A stretch of 64,000 bases of DNA from positions 124,001 through 188,000 of the forward strand of contig JBEWZL010000126.1 of assembly GCA_045837725.1 (NCBI GenBank). The letters are read 5' to 3'. The translations under genes were made by a program, and so were the position numbers. A model generated the notes under the pieces. The model ran no database searches and was not told the origin of the DNA. It saw only the letters and a list, made by a program, of their open reading frames with translations. Origin of the DNA: Vermamoeba vermiformis. Taxonomy: Eukaryota. This document shows, one piece after another, positions 63,801-64,000 of the stretch (positions are counted from its first letter, which is position 1; each line of letters starts with the position of its first letter).

Positions 63801-64000
63801 CAATCGTACCACTCTCACCGTCGGTCACGTGCTCCAGAACCCTGAATGGCGCTTCAGCTTTGTTCCCTTGAAGGACGAGAATGGCAACAAATACGCCTCG
63901 ATCACGTTTGTTATTAACGACGGTCACGACGACTCCATTCCTTACACCATCACTGTCAATGTTCGACCTGTCAACGATCCTCCTGTCGTGAACCCGTTCT
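57889..64000 (+). CDS. Giant secreted/surface adhesin-like protein (DUF4114-like, VWA, many cadherin-like/Big_9 repeats); runs off the window; two apparent +1 frameshifts
   Basis: Signal peptide, GFEDLYNLGDKDYND, VWA-like KVDVMVLVD, and more than 10 repeats of about 110 aa bounded by VND(A/P)P...EDT. The frame changes near 61784 and 62741. Confidence 0.85.

Noticed and set aside
60230-64000. Regularly spaced GTCAA(C/T)GA(C/T) repeats resembling an array
   Set aside because: They are codons for the VND motif of protein repeats, not CRISPR or DNA repeats.

Overview
Gene-dense, intron-rich eukaryotic DNA with short GT-AG introns and CTAAC/CTAAT-type branch points. It is most consistent with a free-living protist, possibly an amoebozoan; that taxon is inferred only. 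About 24 protein-coding genes can be assembled by hand: a PAXX-like protein, a cytochrome b5-acyl-CoA dehydrogenase, a secreted SnoaL-like protein, two tandem F-box/ankyrin genes, two tandem 113-aa orphans, an AIFM2/FSP1-type oxidoreductase, a MYRF-like protein, an atypical Rab, a TLC protein, Rpn10, an AAA ATPase, a GT14, a CAR-like A-T-R enzyme, a surface protein, a TKL kinase, a HAD protein, a class I PDE, an epimerase, a short eIF5-like protein, a microprotein, a BTB-TLDc protein and the 5' part of a giant Sib-like adhesin. The most notable items are: (1) a MYRF-type self-cleaving membrane-tethered factor whose distal domain is a receptor-like LRR; (2) an RGS domain inserted inside a flavoprotein oxidoreductase; (3) an apparently non-coding host gene with snR78/SNORD52-like and snR77/SNORD65-like box C/D snoRNAs in consecutive introns; (4) a complete 5S rRNA gene inside an intron; (5) twin paralogous introns around a 16-nt micro-exon; (6) a Rab with an N-terminal acylation motif and no C-terminal cysteines. 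All exon boundaries and family assignments are by eye, with no database search. Two single-base frameshifts and one garbled-looking tract suggest some sequence error.
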